Source: an uncultured Actinomycetes bacterium (GTDB lineage Bacteria > Actinomycetota > Thermoleophilia > UBA2241). From it: 64,000 nt of DNA. This document shows positions 30,456 through 40,574 of this stretch, piece after piece. Every line of letters begins with the position of its first letter. Position 1 is the stretch's first letter. Both the position numbers and the translations under genes were made by a program. The stretch covers positions 160,001-224,000 of the forward strand of contig CAVYCN010000002.1 in assembly GCA_963767005.1 (NCBI GenBank), read 5' to 3'. The notes under the pieces are model-generated. The model worked only from the letters and a program-made list of their open reading frames with translations. It did not search any database and was not told the DNA's origin.

Positions 30456-33400
30456 ATGCCGACCGCCTCGCACACCCACGACTCTCTGCTCCGCCTCGGG
30501 GGCCGCGCGCGGCTCGAGTCCGGCCTCGCCGACTGGATCGCCGCCGTCAAGGCCGGCGACCCGCTGCGCCGCGTCGTCGTGGTGACCGGCTCCAGCCTGG
30601 CCTGCGGTCACCTCGCTCGGGTCGTGGCGGCCCGCCTCGGCGCCCACGCCGGCGTGCGCTTCGTCTCGATCCACAGCCTGGCGCGTGAGCTGGCCGGTCC
30701 GGCCCTCGAACTCGATGGCCTGCATCTGCTCACGCCCCTGTTGCGCGAACGCCTGGTGGCGAGCCTGTCCGGCGCCCACACCGGCGCCGACTCCTTCTTC
30801 GGCCCGGTGGCGCGCACGCCCGGCCTGCCGCGCGCCCTCACGCGCAGCATCGACGACCTGCGCGAAGCCGGCGTGCCGCCCGCCGCCCTCGGTGCCGCCC
30901 GCTCGCCGCGGGTCGCCGCGCTCGCGGCGCTCTACGGCGACTACGTCGTCGCTCTGCAGCGGCGCCGTCTGGTCGACGACGCCGGCCTGTACGCGCTGGC
31001 GGCGGGCGCCGTCGACGAAGGCCGGCCACCGCTCGACCCGGGCACGCCGGTCGCCGTCTACGGGCTCTACGACCTGCCCGCCATGCAGGCCGGCCTCATC
31101 GCGGCACTGCCGGCCGGACGGCCGCTCGCCGCGTTCGTGCCGTGGGGCGCCGGCGTCGAGCCCTATGCCGCCCCGGCACGAGCCTTCTTCGAGGGGCTCG
31201 GCCTGCCGATCGCCGAGCCCGGCGCGGGCGCCGACCAAGTCGCCGCTGTGAGCGTACTGGCCGTCACCGACGACGTCGCCCAGCGGCGCGCGGCCTGTGG
31301 CGCCGTGCTGCGCGCGGCGGCCGGCGGCGTCGCGTTCCACGACATGGCGGTGCTCGTGCACGACGCCTCCGGCCGTGCGCACATGGCCGCGGCGCTCTCC
31401 GGGTACGACGTGCCGGTCGCGGCGCACGGACCAGCCGGCGACGTCGCGTCGCGCACCTGCCGGCTGCTGCTCGACTGCCTCGCGCCGGCGGCCGGCCGGG
31501 CGCTGCGGCGCGACACAGTGATCGACCTGGCCGCCACGGCGCCGCGCCTCGCGGTGCCCGCCGATGCCGCGACGGTCGCCCTGTGGGACGACCTCTCGCG
31601 CCGGGCCCGCATCGTAGCCGACGACGAGTGGCTCAGCCGCCTCGGACGCCTCGAGCGGGCGATCGCGTGGCGCGCCGGGCTCGGCGACGACGGCGACGAG
31701 AGCGCTCCCGACGGCGGGCACCGGGCAGGGTCGAGCGCGGCCGGCGACGCCGGCCGCGCGGCGGCCGCCGAGGCGCTTGCCGCCGCCGCCTCGCTGCGCG
31801 AGCTCGTCGCCCGCCTGGCCGGGCTGCGCCGCCGTCTGGTCGGCGCGCGGAGCTGGCCGCAGGCGGTCAAGACCTTCCTCGACGGCGCGCAGACGCTCTG
31901 CGGCGTGGCGACCGGCGAGCCCGCCGCGCTGGCGCTCGCCGGCCTCGCCGACCTCCGCCTGGTCGACGACGGGCCTCCCGGCGAGGGCTTCGCGGCGGTC
32001 GCGCGGCGCGCGCTCGAGCAGCTCGAGACACCGGCGCCGCATCGGGTCGGACGCGACGGCGTGGCCGTGCTCTCGCCGCAGCAGGTCCGCGGCCTGTCGT
32101 TCCGCCAGGTCGTGTTCTGCGACCTCGCCGAGGGCGGCTTTCCGCCGCGGCCGGCGCCCGACCCCATCCTCCTCGACCGCGAACGGGTGGCCGTGGCCGC
32201 GGCCTGCGGGGCCAGACTGCCGCTGGCCACCGACCTGCGCGCCGAGCACGACGCCCTGTTCGCCCTGGCGCGGCAGGCCTCCAGCGAGCGGCTCGTCCTC
32301 GTGTATCCGCGTCTCGACGCCGCCAACGGCCGGCCGCGGCTGCCCTCGCGGGTGCTGCTCGACTTGGCGCGCGAGCTCACCGGCCGGCCGGTGAGCTTCG
32401 ACGAGCTCGAGCGAGACGGTGGTTGTGAGGGCCTCGTCCAGCGCGCGCCCCAGGGTCGCGGCGAGCCGCTCGACCTGCGCGACGTCGACCTCGGCGTGCT
32501 GGCCGTCGCCGCGCGCCGCGTGCCGGCGGTATGGCTGCGCGACTACGCCGCGGCCGTGATGGGCGGCGAGCGGGCCGAGCGCGGGGCGGCGGCCGGCGCC
32601 GCCGGCCGCCGCCCCGCGCTCGGCCCCTACGACGGCGTCCTTGCGCCCGACAACGCCGCCCGTGCCGCCGCCCGGGTGCTGGGCGCGCCGGTCTCGCCGA
32701 GCGCGCTCGAGACCTACCTCGCCTGCCCGTTCCAGTTCTACCTGCGCCACGTCCTCGGCCTCGACGTACCCGACGAGCCCGACGACGCCCTGTCGATCGA
32801 GCCGCGCGACCTCGGCAGCGTGGTGCACGAGATCCTGCAGGCGGCCTACGGCGCCGCGGCCGACACCGGCGCGCCTACGGTCGAGCTCGCGGTCGCTGCG
32901 CTCGAGCAGGCCGCCCCGCTCGCCTTCGACCGCGCCGAGGCGCGCGGCCTCACCGGCTTTCCGCTCGCCTGGCGCGTGCTGCGCGACGAGCTGCTCGCCG
33001 ATCTGCGGCACGTCGTCGAGACCGACCCCTGCTGGCGCGACGGCGTGCTGCCGGTGCGTTGCGAATGGTCGTTCGGCGGCGCAGGCCGCAGCGCGCCCGG
33101 CGACGGCGCCGACGTCGTGCCCGAGCTCGTCGTCGGCGACCGCGTGGTGCGCTTTCGCGGACGCGTCGACCGGGTCGACGCGAGCGCCGACGGTGGCCGC
33201 GTGCGCCTCGTCGACTACAAGACCGGCGCCGGCACGACCGAAGCCGAGCGGCTCGATCAGGGGCGCGACGTCCAGCTCGCGGTCTACGTGCTGGCCGCGC
33301 TCGCCGCCGGCGAGCAGGCGCCCGCGGGTATCGCCGCCGAGTACCGCATGGTGCGGCGCGGCGCCGGCTTCAAGGTCCTGCCGCTCGCCGCCGACCGCGG

Positions 33401-33617
33401 CGCGGTGCGCGACGGCCTCGCCGCGACCGTGGCGGTCGCCGTGGCCGGCATCGCCGCCGGGCTGTACCCGCGCTGGCACGACTATCGCCGCTGCCGGCTC
33501 TGCGACGCCGCCGACCGCTGCGGCGCCGACCGGTTCGCCTTCGTCGCCAAGCGTCGCGACCCGCGCCTGCGCGGCCTGCTGTCGTTCAAGGAGTCTCGCG
33601 GCCGGAGGACGTCGTGA
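30456..33617 (+). CDS. AddB-like subunit: inactive helicase-like domain plus PD-(D/E)XK nuclease with Fe-S cysteines
   Basis: SPSALETYLACPFQFY, GSVVHEIL, FRGRVDRVD, VDYKTG, QLAVY and CRLC...C motifs. Confidence 0.82.
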   Translation: MPTASHTHDSLLRLGGRARLESGLADWIAAVKAGDPLRRVVVVTGSSLACGHLARVVAARLGAHAGVRFVSIHSLARELAGPALELDGLHLLTPLLRERLVASLSGAHTGADSFFGPVARTPGLPRALTRSIDDLREAGVPPAALGAARSPRVAALAALYGDYVVALQRRRLVDDAGLYALAAGAVDEGRPPLDPGTPVAVYGLYDLPAMQAGLIAALPAGRPLAAFVPWGAGVEPYAAPARAFFEGLGLPIAEPGAGADQVAAVSVLAVTDDVAQRRAACGAVLRAAAGGVAFHDMAVLVHDASGRAHMAAALSGYDVPVAAHGPAGDVASRTCRLLLDCLAPAAGRALRRDTVIDLAATAPRLAVPADAATVALWDDLSRRARIVADDEWLSRLGRLERAIAWRAGLGDDGDESAPDGGHRAGSSAAGDAGRAAAAEALAAAASLRELVARLAGLRRRLVGARSWPQAVKTFLDGAQTLCGVATGEPAALALAGLADLRLVDDGPPGEGFAAVARRALEQLETPAPHRVGRDGVAVLSPQQVRGLSFRQVVFCDLAEGGFPPRPAPDPILLDRERVAVAAACGARLPLATDLRAEHDALFALARQASSERLVLVYPRLDAANGRPRLPSRVLLDLARELTGRPVSFDELERDGGCEGLVQRAPQGRGEPLDLRDVDLGVLAVAARRVPAVWLRDYAAAVMGGERAERGAAAGAAGRRPALGPYDGVLAPDNAARAAARVLGAPVSPSALETYLACPFQFYLRHVLGLDVPDEPDDALSIEPRDLGSVVHEILQAAYGAAADTGAPTVELAVAALEQAAPLAFDRAEARGLTGFPLAWRVLRDELLADLRHVVETDPCWRDGVLPVRCEWSFGGAGRSAPGDGADVVPELVVGDRVVRFRGRVDRVDASADGGRVRLVDYKTGAGTTEAERLDQGRDVQLAVYVLAALAAGEQAPAGIAAEYRMVRRGAGFKVLPLAADRGAVRDGLAATVAVAVAGIAAGLYPRWHDYRRCRLCDAADRCGADRFAFVAKRRDPRLRGLLSFKESRGRRTS

Positions 33618-36600
33618 GCCCGCCCGGCGACCTCGTCGGCGCCGTGGTCAGGCCGGTCGACGACGCCGTGCGGCGGCGCGTGGCGAGCGACTTGCAAACG
33701 ACATTCCTGCTTCAGGCCGGCGCCGGCACCGGCAAGACGAGCGCCCTGGTCGAGCGCTACGTCGCCTGTCTTTCGAGCGAGGGCGCGCCGCCGGTCGCCG
33801 AGGTCGTCGCCATCACCTTCACCGAGAAGGCCGCCGGCGAGCTGCGTCAGCGCGTGCGCGGGCGTCTCGAGAGCGCGGTCGCCGACGAGACGCTCGATCC
33901 GGCCACCGGCGAGCGCCTCGGCGCGGCGCTCGCCGGTCTCGACGACGCGCCGATCTCGACCATCCACTCGTTCGCCGCCCGTCTGTTGCGCGAGCGTCCG
34001 GTCGAGGCCGGGGTCGACCCGGCCTTCACGCAGCTCGACGAGGCCGGCGCCGAGCTCCTGCGCGACCGACTCTGGCGCGATTGGCTGGCGGGGCTGCTCG
34101 ACCGCGACGACGACGCGGCCGGCGCCGGCGGCGCCGGGCCGCTCGCCCAGGCGCTGCGCGCCGGCGTGCGCATCGAAGAGATCCAGAAGCTCGCCTTCGA
34201 ACGCTTCAGCGAGCGCTACGCGGTGGCCGATGCCGCCACGCCGCCGGCGCCCGACCTGATCGCCGCCTGCGCCGGCGCGCGGCGCGCGGCCGCCGACCTC
34301 GTCGACCTGGCCCAGACGTGCGCCGACGACGGCGACCGGCTCAAGGTCTCCTGCCTCGACCTGGCGGCCGTGGCCACCGAGCTGCCCGCGACCGGCGAGC
34401 TCCACGACCTCGGCCTGTCGCTCACGGTCGCGGCGGCGCGCGCCGCCCGTCTCACGCCGAAGAACGCCGGCCGGGCGGCCGGCTGGCCCGGCGGCAAGGA
34501 ACGCGCGACCGCCGCCCGCGACGCCCTGCGCGACCTGCTCGCCGGCGCCGCCGCCGGCTACGGCGCCCACGTCGCCGCCCTCGCCCTGGCGGTGGCGGCC
34601 GGCTTCGCGCGTGCCGCCGCCGATGCTCAGCGCGACGCCGGCGCCCTCGACTTCGACGACCTGCTGGGCCGCGCCCGCGACCTCCTTGCCGGCACGCCCG
34701 GCGTCGCGCCCGAACGGGTCATCGCCGCGCGGCGGCACTTCCAGCAGCGCTACCGCTACATCCTGGTCGACGAGTTCCAGGACACCGACCCACTGCAGGC
34801 CGAGATTGCCTTTCTACTCTCCGAGCGCGAGGCCAGCGCGCGCTCCTGGCGCGACGTCGAGCTCGAGCCCGGCAAGCTCTTCCTGGTGGGCGACCCCAAG
34901 CAGTCGATCTACCGCTTCCGGCGAGCCGACATCGCCATGTACGACGAGGTGCGCCGCCTGATCGAAGCCCAGGGCGGCGCGACGCTCGAGCTCGTCCAGA
35001 ACTTCCGCACTGTGCGTTCCGTCGTGAGCTGGGTGAACGGCCTGTTCGGCGGCCTCATGCCCGAGGCCGTCGAGGGGCTGCAACCGCGGCACGCCGACCT
35101 CGTGCCGTTGCGCGACGACCCAGGGGCTGAGCCCGGCGTCCTGCTCGTGCGACCTTCGCCGGCGATGTTCGACGACGCCGACGGGCCCGACGGGGCGTCG
35201 CCCGACGATCTGAGCCGCCGCGAAGCGCGGCTGGTCGCTGACCTCCTGAGCGGCATCGAGCGCACCGGCTGGCGGGTGCGCGACGCCGCCGCCGGCTGGC
35301 GCGCGGCCAGGCCGGGCGACGTCGCGGTGCTACTGCCGACCTTCACGCGCGTCGGCTTCTACGAGCAGGCGCTGCGCGAGGCCGGCCTGCCGTATCGGGT
35401 CGACGGCGGCCGTACGTTCTACGGGCGGCGCGAGGTCCTCGACACGCTCGCCGCGCTGCGCGCCGTCGACGCCGCCGCCGACCCGATCGCGGTCTACGCG
35501 GCCCTGCACGGCGGGCTCTTCGCCCTCTCCGACGACCGGCTCTACGCCTACCGTGCCGCGGGCGGCGAGTTCGACTACCTGCGGGCCGTGCCGGTCGAGG
35601 GTTTCGCCGATGTGGCCGCGGCTCTCGCCGACCTGTGCGAGCTCCACGGGCTGCGCAACCGGCGCCCGGTGGCCGAGACGCTCGACGACCTCGTGCGGCG
35701 CACGCACCTGCTCGAGAGCCTCGCCCTGTGGGCCGACGACGGCGAGCAGGCGATCGCCAACATCGGCGAGCTCGTCTCGCAGGCCGACGAGTTCGCGCAC
35801 AGCGCCGAGGCCAGCTTTCACGCCTTCGTCGTCAAAGCGATGCACGACGCCGACGCCGCCGACACGGCCGAGTCCCCGGTCGGCGAGCCGGGCGAGTTCG
35901 TGCGCGTGATGACGGTCCACAAGGCCAAGGGGCTCGAGTTTCCGATCGTTGTGCTGGCGGCCGCGATGCTGAGCCCGCGCTCCGCCGACCGTGGCCCGCT
36001 CATCGACCGCGCCGCACACCGGCTCGACTGCTCGCTGTCGTGCCCGGCGCCCGACGCCGGCGGCGCGGCCGGCCGAGTGCGCTACCAGACGCGCGAGTAC
36101 GACGCTCGGTTCGCGCGCGAGAAGCAGGCGCTCGACGCCGAGCGCGTGCGGCTGCTCTACGTCGCCCTCACGCGGGCCGCCGACCTCCTCGTGCTGCCGC
36201 TCGTCACCGGCGAGCCGCGCGCCGGCTCGTTGCAGGGGTTCTGGCAGGGCGCGTCCGATCCAGCGGGCGACGGGCAGGGCACGCTCGAGTGGTCGGCGGG
36301 GACGGCGGGGCCGCCCCAGGCGGCCCCGCCGTCCCCGCCGACCGACCCGCTCGCGGCGCGCGCTGCGTGGCGCGACGAGCGCGTCGCACTTCTCGCGCTC
36401 GCCGCGCGCCCGGCGCCGGTGTTCGCCCCGAGCGCGCTCGAGCGCCTCGAGCCGCCCGACTGGGACGACCAAGCGCTCCCGGTCGCGTCGCCGCCGGCCG
36501 CGAGCGACGGCGCGGCCCGTGCTCGTGCTCTCGCCCTGGGCACGGCGGTGCACGCCGTCCTCGAGCTGGTCTCGCTCGACGACGACGCCGCGCTCGACGG

Positions 36601-37117
36601 GCTCGCGGCGGTGGCCGCGATGCGGGCGGGCCTGCCCGACGAGACTGCGCGCGTCGCCGCGCTGGCGCGCGCCTGCTGGCGGGCGGCGCCGCTGCGCGGC
36701 GCCGCCCATGCTCGCCACGAGCGCGAGCTGCCGGTGTGCGTGGTGCACGACGGTGTCGTGATCGAGGGAGCCATCGACCTGGTCTACCGCGAGGCCGCGA
36801 CCGGCGCCTGGACCATCGTCGACTACAAGACCGATGCGCACCCCGATCCGCAGACCGTCTTCGAGCGCTACGGTGGCCAGGCGGGTGCGTACGCGCTCGC
36901 CTTCGAGGCGGCGAGCGGCGAGCGCGTCGAGGGTGTCGACGTGCTGCTCGCCGCGCTGCCCGACTCCGCCGGCGCGGCGACCGTGGTACACCTGCCGTTC
37001 GACGACGCCCTGCGCGACCTGGTCGCGCGCAGGCTCGACCCGGCGGCAGAGGTGGAACCACAGCGGACAACGCGAGAACGCCCGCCAACCTTGAAACGAG
37101 GAGGCGGCGAGGCGTAG
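33614..37117 (+). CDS. AddA-like UvrD helicase-nuclease
   Basis: AGAGTGKT, ITFTEKAA, VDEFQDT, VGDPKQSIYRFR, TVHKAKGLEF, YVALTRA and GAIDL...VDYKT motifs. Confidence 0.88.
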   Translation: MSPPGDLVGAVVRPVDDAVRRRVASDLQTTFLLQAGAGTGKTSALVERYVACLSSEGAPPVAEVVAITFTEKAAGELRQRVRGRLESAVADETLDPATGERLGAALAGLDDAPISTIHSFAARLLRERPVEAGVDPAFTQLDEAGAELLRDRLWRDWLAGLLDRDDDAAGAGGAGPLAQALRAGVRIEEIQKLAFERFSERYAVADAATPPAPDLIAACAGARRAAADLVDLAQTCADDGDRLKVSCLDLAAVATELPATGELHDLGLSLTVAAARAARLTPKNAGRAAGWPGGKERATAARDALRDLLAGAAAGYGAHVAALALAVAAGFARAAADAQRDAGALDFDDLLGRARDLLAGTPGVAPERVIAARRHFQQRYRYILVDEFQDTDPLQAEIAFLLSEREASARSWRDVELEPGKLFLVGDPKQSIYRFRRADIAMYDEVRRLIEAQGGATLELVQNFRTVRSVVSWVNGLFGGLMPEAVEGLQPRHADLVPLRDDPGAEPGVLLVRPSPAMFDDADGPDGASPDDLSRREARLVADLLSGIERTGWRVRDAAAGWRAARPGDVAVLLPTFTRVGFYEQALREAGLPYRVDGGRTFYGRREVLDTLAALRAVDAAADPIAVYAALHGGLFALSDDRLYAYRAAGGEFDYLRAVPVEGFADVAAALADLCELHGLRNRRPVAETLDDLVRRTHLLESLALWADDGEQAIANIGELVSQADEFAHSAEASFHAFVVKAMHDADAADTAESPVGEPGEFVRVMTVHKAKGLEFPIVVLAAAMLSPRSADRGPLIDRAAHRLDCSLSCPAPDAGGAAGRVRYQTREYDARFAREKQALDAERVRLLYVALTRAADLLVLPLVTGEPRAGSLQGFWQGASDPAGDGQGTLEWSAGTAGPPQAAPPSPPTDPLAARAAWRDERVALLALAARPAPVFAPSALERLEPPDWDDQALPVASPPAASDGAARARALALGTAVHAVLELVSLDDDAALDGLAAVAAMRAGLPDETARVAALARACWRAAPLRGAAHARHERELPVCVVHDGVVIEGAIDLVYREAATGAWTIVDYKTDAHPDPQTVFERYGGQAGAYALAFEAASGERVEGVDVLLAALPDSAGAATVVHLPFDDALRDLVARRLDPAAEVEPQRTTRERPPTLKRGGGEA

Positions 37118-37161
37118 GTTGGGCACTGCGGGTAGAGGGCTCAAAGTCCAGAGGGGGACAT

Positions 37162-39147
37162 ATGCGCAGATCCGTGCGATCCATCGCGGTTGCAGTGGTC
37201 GCGGCAGTGGCGCTCATCGCGCTGCTCGTCACGACCGCGAGCGCTGCGCCCGGCCAGGGCGTCAAGCTCGGCGGCTCAGTGCCGTCCTGGGCTCAGGCGG
37301 GCGCGCTCAAGTCGGCGGCCAGCCCGGCCGCCAAGGTCAGCTTCCAGGTCCAGCTCGGCTGGCGCAACGCGGCCTCGGCGGCCGCGCTCGCCAAGGCCGT
37401 GAGCGACCCCAAGAGCCGCCTCTACGGCCACTATCTGACGTCGGCCCAGTTCCGGGTCCGCTTCGCGCCCGCCAAGGCTGCGGTAGCGGCCGTGCGCGCC
37501 TGGCTGAGGAGCAAGGGATTCACGGTGACCGCCGTGCCCGACAACCGCCTGTACGTGGCCGCGACCGGCACGGTCGCCCAGGTCGAGGCGGCCTTCGCGG
37601 TCAAGATGAACGTCTACAAGGTGCAGGGCGCCTCGCTGCGCGCCCCGGCCGAGGCGCCGACCATCCCGGCCTCGCTGTCCCGCGTGGTCACCGGCGTCGT
37701 GGGTCTCGCCCAGCATGCCATGAAGCCGCTCATCATCGCACCGCCGCCGGCCGGCTTCCGCAACGCCCAGCCCTGGTCGTCGTACTGGGGCGAGAAGACG
37801 ACGGCGACGACCCCGCCGAGCCCAGGCGCCTCCCCGCTGCCCGAGGCCTACGGCTCACCTCAGCCCTACGCCGTCGAGGGGTACACGCCCTCTCAGCTGC
37901 AGGGCGCCTACGGCACGGCGAGCGCCATCAAGCACGGCAACGATGGCCGCGGTGTGACGGTAGCCGTGATCGACGCCTTCGCGGCGCCGACCATCCGCTA
38001 CGACGTGAACCACTTCTCCACGACGAACGGCGTGCCCGCCTTCCGCAGGCACCAGTTCAAGCAGATCTGGGCGCCCGGCCTCGTGGCCGAACCGGCGACC
38101 GGCGACGAGCAGGGCTGGTACGGCGAGGAGACCCTTGACATCGAGGCCGTCCACGAGATGGCGCCCGGCGCGCGCGTGATCTTCTACGCTGCGTACTCCG
38201 ACCAGGACAGCGACATGGACGCCGCCCTCAACTGGGTCGTCGACCATCACGTCGCGCAGATCGTGAGCAACTCATACGGCGACCTCGGCGAAGCCGGCCT
38301 GCCGGCCGACCAGATCGCGCTCGAGCGCTCCATCTTCATCCAGGCCGCCTGCGAGGGCATCGGCCTCTACTTCTCGTCGGGCGACAACGGCGACGAGGTC
38401 GACACGCTCCTCAGCCGCCAGACCGACAACCCGGCTTCCAGCCCTTGGGTCACCGCCGTGGGCGGCACCTCGCTCGGCGTCGGCGCCACGAACAACTACC
38501 TGTTCGAGACAGGCTGGGGCACGACCAAGAGCGTGCTCACCGCCGACGGCAGCGCCTGGGATCCCACGCCGCCCGGCACCTGGATCTACGGCGGCGGTGG
38601 CGGCACGAGCCGGCTCTTCGCGGAGCCCTGGTATCAGAGGCACGTCGTGCCGCGCTCCCTCAGCGGCTGGTTCTCAACGACGAGCCCGGGCCGCGTGGTG
38701 CCTGACGTGGCCATGGACGGCGACCCCACGACCGGCATGCTCGAGGGCGAGACTCAGACGTGGCCGGACGGCAGCGTGTCGTACGACACCTACCGCATCG
38801 GCGGCACGAGCGTGTCGTGTCCGCTGTTCGCTGGCGTCATGGCGCTGGCCGACCAGCGGGCGCATCACGCCCACGGTTTCGTCAACCCGCTGCTCTACCT
38901 GCTGGCGCACAGCCACGCTTACCGCGACATCGTGAGCCCGGCCGGCACCATGGCGGCCGTCCGTAGCGACTACGACACGGACGCGAACGGCAACGTCATA
39001 GGCATGATCTTCTCGCTGCGCACGATGGACCAGACCGAGTCGCTCCAGACGACCAAGGGCTACGACGACGTGACGGGCATGGGATCGCCCAACGGGGTCG
39101 CCTTCCTGCAGGCTCTGGGCTGGCCCGGCTGGTTCCGCCACCACTGA
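37162..39147 (+). CDS. Secreted S53 (sedolisin/kumamolisin) peptidase with pro-domain
   Basis: Signal peptide, VSDP.S..YGHYLT pro-domain, EETLD, SSGDNG, VPDVA, GGTS and GYDDVTGMGSP motifs. Confidence 0.92.
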   Translation: MRRSVRSIAVAVVAAVALIALLVTTASAAPGQGVKLGGSVPSWAQAGALKSAASPAAKVSFQVQLGWRNAASAAALAKAVSDPKSRLYGHYLTSAQFRVRFAPAKAAVAAVRAWLRSKGFTVTAVPDNRLYVAATGTVAQVEAAFAVKMNVYKVQGASLRAPAEAPTIPASLSRVVTGVVGLAQHAMKPLIIAPPPAGFRNAQPWSSYWGEKTTATTPPSPGASPLPEAYGSPQPYAVEGYTPSQLQGAYGTASAIKHGNDGRGVTVAVIDAFAAPTIRYDVNHFSTTNGVPAFRRHQFKQIWAPGLVAEPATGDEQGWYGEETLDIEAVHEMAPGARVIFYAAYSDQDSDMDAALNWVVDHHVAQIVSNSYGDLGEAGLPADQIALERSIFIQAACEGIGLYFSSGDNGDEVDTLLSRQTDNPASSPWVTAVGGTSLGVGATNNYLFETGWGTTKSVLTADGSAWDPTPPGTWIYGGGGGTSRLFAEPWYQRHVVPRSLSGWFSTTSPGRVVPDVAMDGDPTTGMLEGETQTWPDGSVSYDTYRIGGTSVSCPLFAGVMALADQRAHHAHGFVNPLLYLLAHSHAYRDIVSPAGTMAAVRSDYDTDANGNVIGMIFSLRTMDQTESLQTTKGYDDVTGMGSPNGVAFLQALGWPGWFRHH

Positions 39148-39155
39148 CGTCCACG

Positions 39156-39193
39156 ACGCGAGGCGGCGGCCCATATGGGCCGCCGCCTCGCGT
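39156..39193. terminator. Perfect 38-bp palindrome between convergent genes
   Basis: ACGCGAGGCGGCGGCCCAT|ATGGGCCGCCGCCTCGCGT. Confidence 0.7.
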
Positions 39194-39216
39194 GCGTTCG
39201 GAGGCCTTTTCGCGTT

Positions 39217-40416
39217 CTACGACAGCCAGGGCGGCCGCGGCGCGTCGGCCGGCGGCACGAACGATTGACCCGGCAGCGGATGGAACAGACCCGGGGTGAG
39301 CGGCAACGCGGGGGAGAGGGCCGGGGGTTCCACGATCGGGTCGGGCACAGGTCCGTGTGCAGGCTGCGGTTCGGCTGAAGGCTCGGGCTCACGCGCGGTC
39401 TCGGGCTCGACGACCGGCTCGGGCTCGGCGATGAGCGCGGGCGTTTCTGCCGCGGGCTCGACGACGGGCTCGGGCGTGGTCTCAGGCTCGATGGACGGCT
39501 CAGAAGCCGCCTCGACCTCGCACTCGTCAGCGGCGGCCGTCGCGGCGGACGACTCGTCCCCGGATGCCGCTGTGACGGCATCGTCGGCGGGCGTCGACTC
39601 CGCTTCTGGCTCGACCCGCGGGGCTTCGTCCTCGGGCGTCGCCGCGGTGCCACCGTCCGCGGCGGTGGACTCCGTCTCCGCCTCGACCTGCGCGGGCTCG
39701 ACCGGCGCGGGTTCGGCGACCGCGGTGGCGACCGGCGTCTCGGACATCGCCGGCTCGACAGGTGGCGCGAGTGGCGCGGGTGGTATCGCAAGGACGGGCT
39801 CGTCTTCGGGACCGACGAGCGACTCCGGCTCGTGCCCGATGCCAAGCGCCTCCTCGATGTCGGACAGCGTCTCGCCTGTGCCGGGCGTGTCGCCGCTCAC
39901 CAGCGGCACGCCGATGAACGCCGCCAGCTCGTGGTCGATCGTCCTGTCCTTGGAACCGGCGAACAGGGTGTCGAACGTGCTCAAGTCCTCGCTCTCGAGC
40001 AGGACGGTCGAGCCATCCTTGAGGGCCAGGAGCGACGCGTCGCGCCGGCGGGACTGACGATTCCAGAAGTTGTCGTGGTACTGCATCTCGGTGTAATAGC
40101 GCTCCTGATAGGAGACACAATCGACGTCGGCGATGGGCACGGCGCGATCGCGGGCGCGCAGCACCGACTTCGAGGCGATGGAGATCGTGCCGTCGGGCTT
40201 GTCGACGGCGACGGTGAGCCGGGTCGCGGTCAGGGCGAGCAGCGCGCCGACGGCGACGATCGCGGCACCGATGAGGCCGAACGGGGGCCTGCCGTGGCTC
40301 AGCGCGACCTCGGCGAACACGGCGCCGACGGCGATCGCGGCTGCGCCGCCGAGCATCTGATTCAGCGGCGATCGCTGGACCACGAACCGCGAATCTGACT
40401 GTTCCAGGATCTTCAT
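39217..40416 (-). CDS. 2-TM membrane protein with a small beta-rich domain and long acidic Pro/Ala/Glu tail
   Basis: GGGAGG RBS, two TM helices and about 200 aa of EP-rich low-complexity C-terminus. Confidence 0.7.
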   Translation of the reverse strand: MKILEQSDSRFVVQRSPLNQMLGGAAAIAVGAVFAEVALSHGRPPFGLIGAAIVAVGALLALTATRLTVAVDKPDGTISIASKSVLRARDRAVPIADVDCVSYQERYYTEMQYHDNFWNRQSRRRDASLLALKDGSTVLLESEDLSTFDTLFAGSKDRTIDHELAAFIGVPLVSGDTPGTGETLSDIEEALGIGHEPESLVGPEDEPVLAIPPAPLAPPVEPAMSETPVATAVAEPAPVEPAQVEAETESTAADGGTAATPEDEAPRVEPEAESTPADDAVTAASGDESSAATAAADECEVEAASEPSIEPETTPEPVVEPAAETPALIAEPEPVVEPETAREPEPSAEPQPAHGPVPDPIVEPPALSPALPLTPGLFHPLPGQSFVPPADAPRPPWLS

Positions 40417-40574
40417 GAGCGCGATCCTCCCGTCGTACGCGCGTCTCCCATGTGACGGTCCACCAACGGCCCGCACCGTCGCACGGTGTCTATCGGCCGG
40501 TTCGCGGTAGTCCTAGAGGGGGAGTTCGGCGGCTCGAGCCCTGGTCGCCCGTCGAAGCGACGCGGCGCGGCCGC

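Noticed and set aside
30456-33617. Cas4 or a defence nuclease
   Set aside because: The Cas4-like Fe-S nuclease is the expected C-terminal domain of AddB and is coupled to an AddA-like gene.
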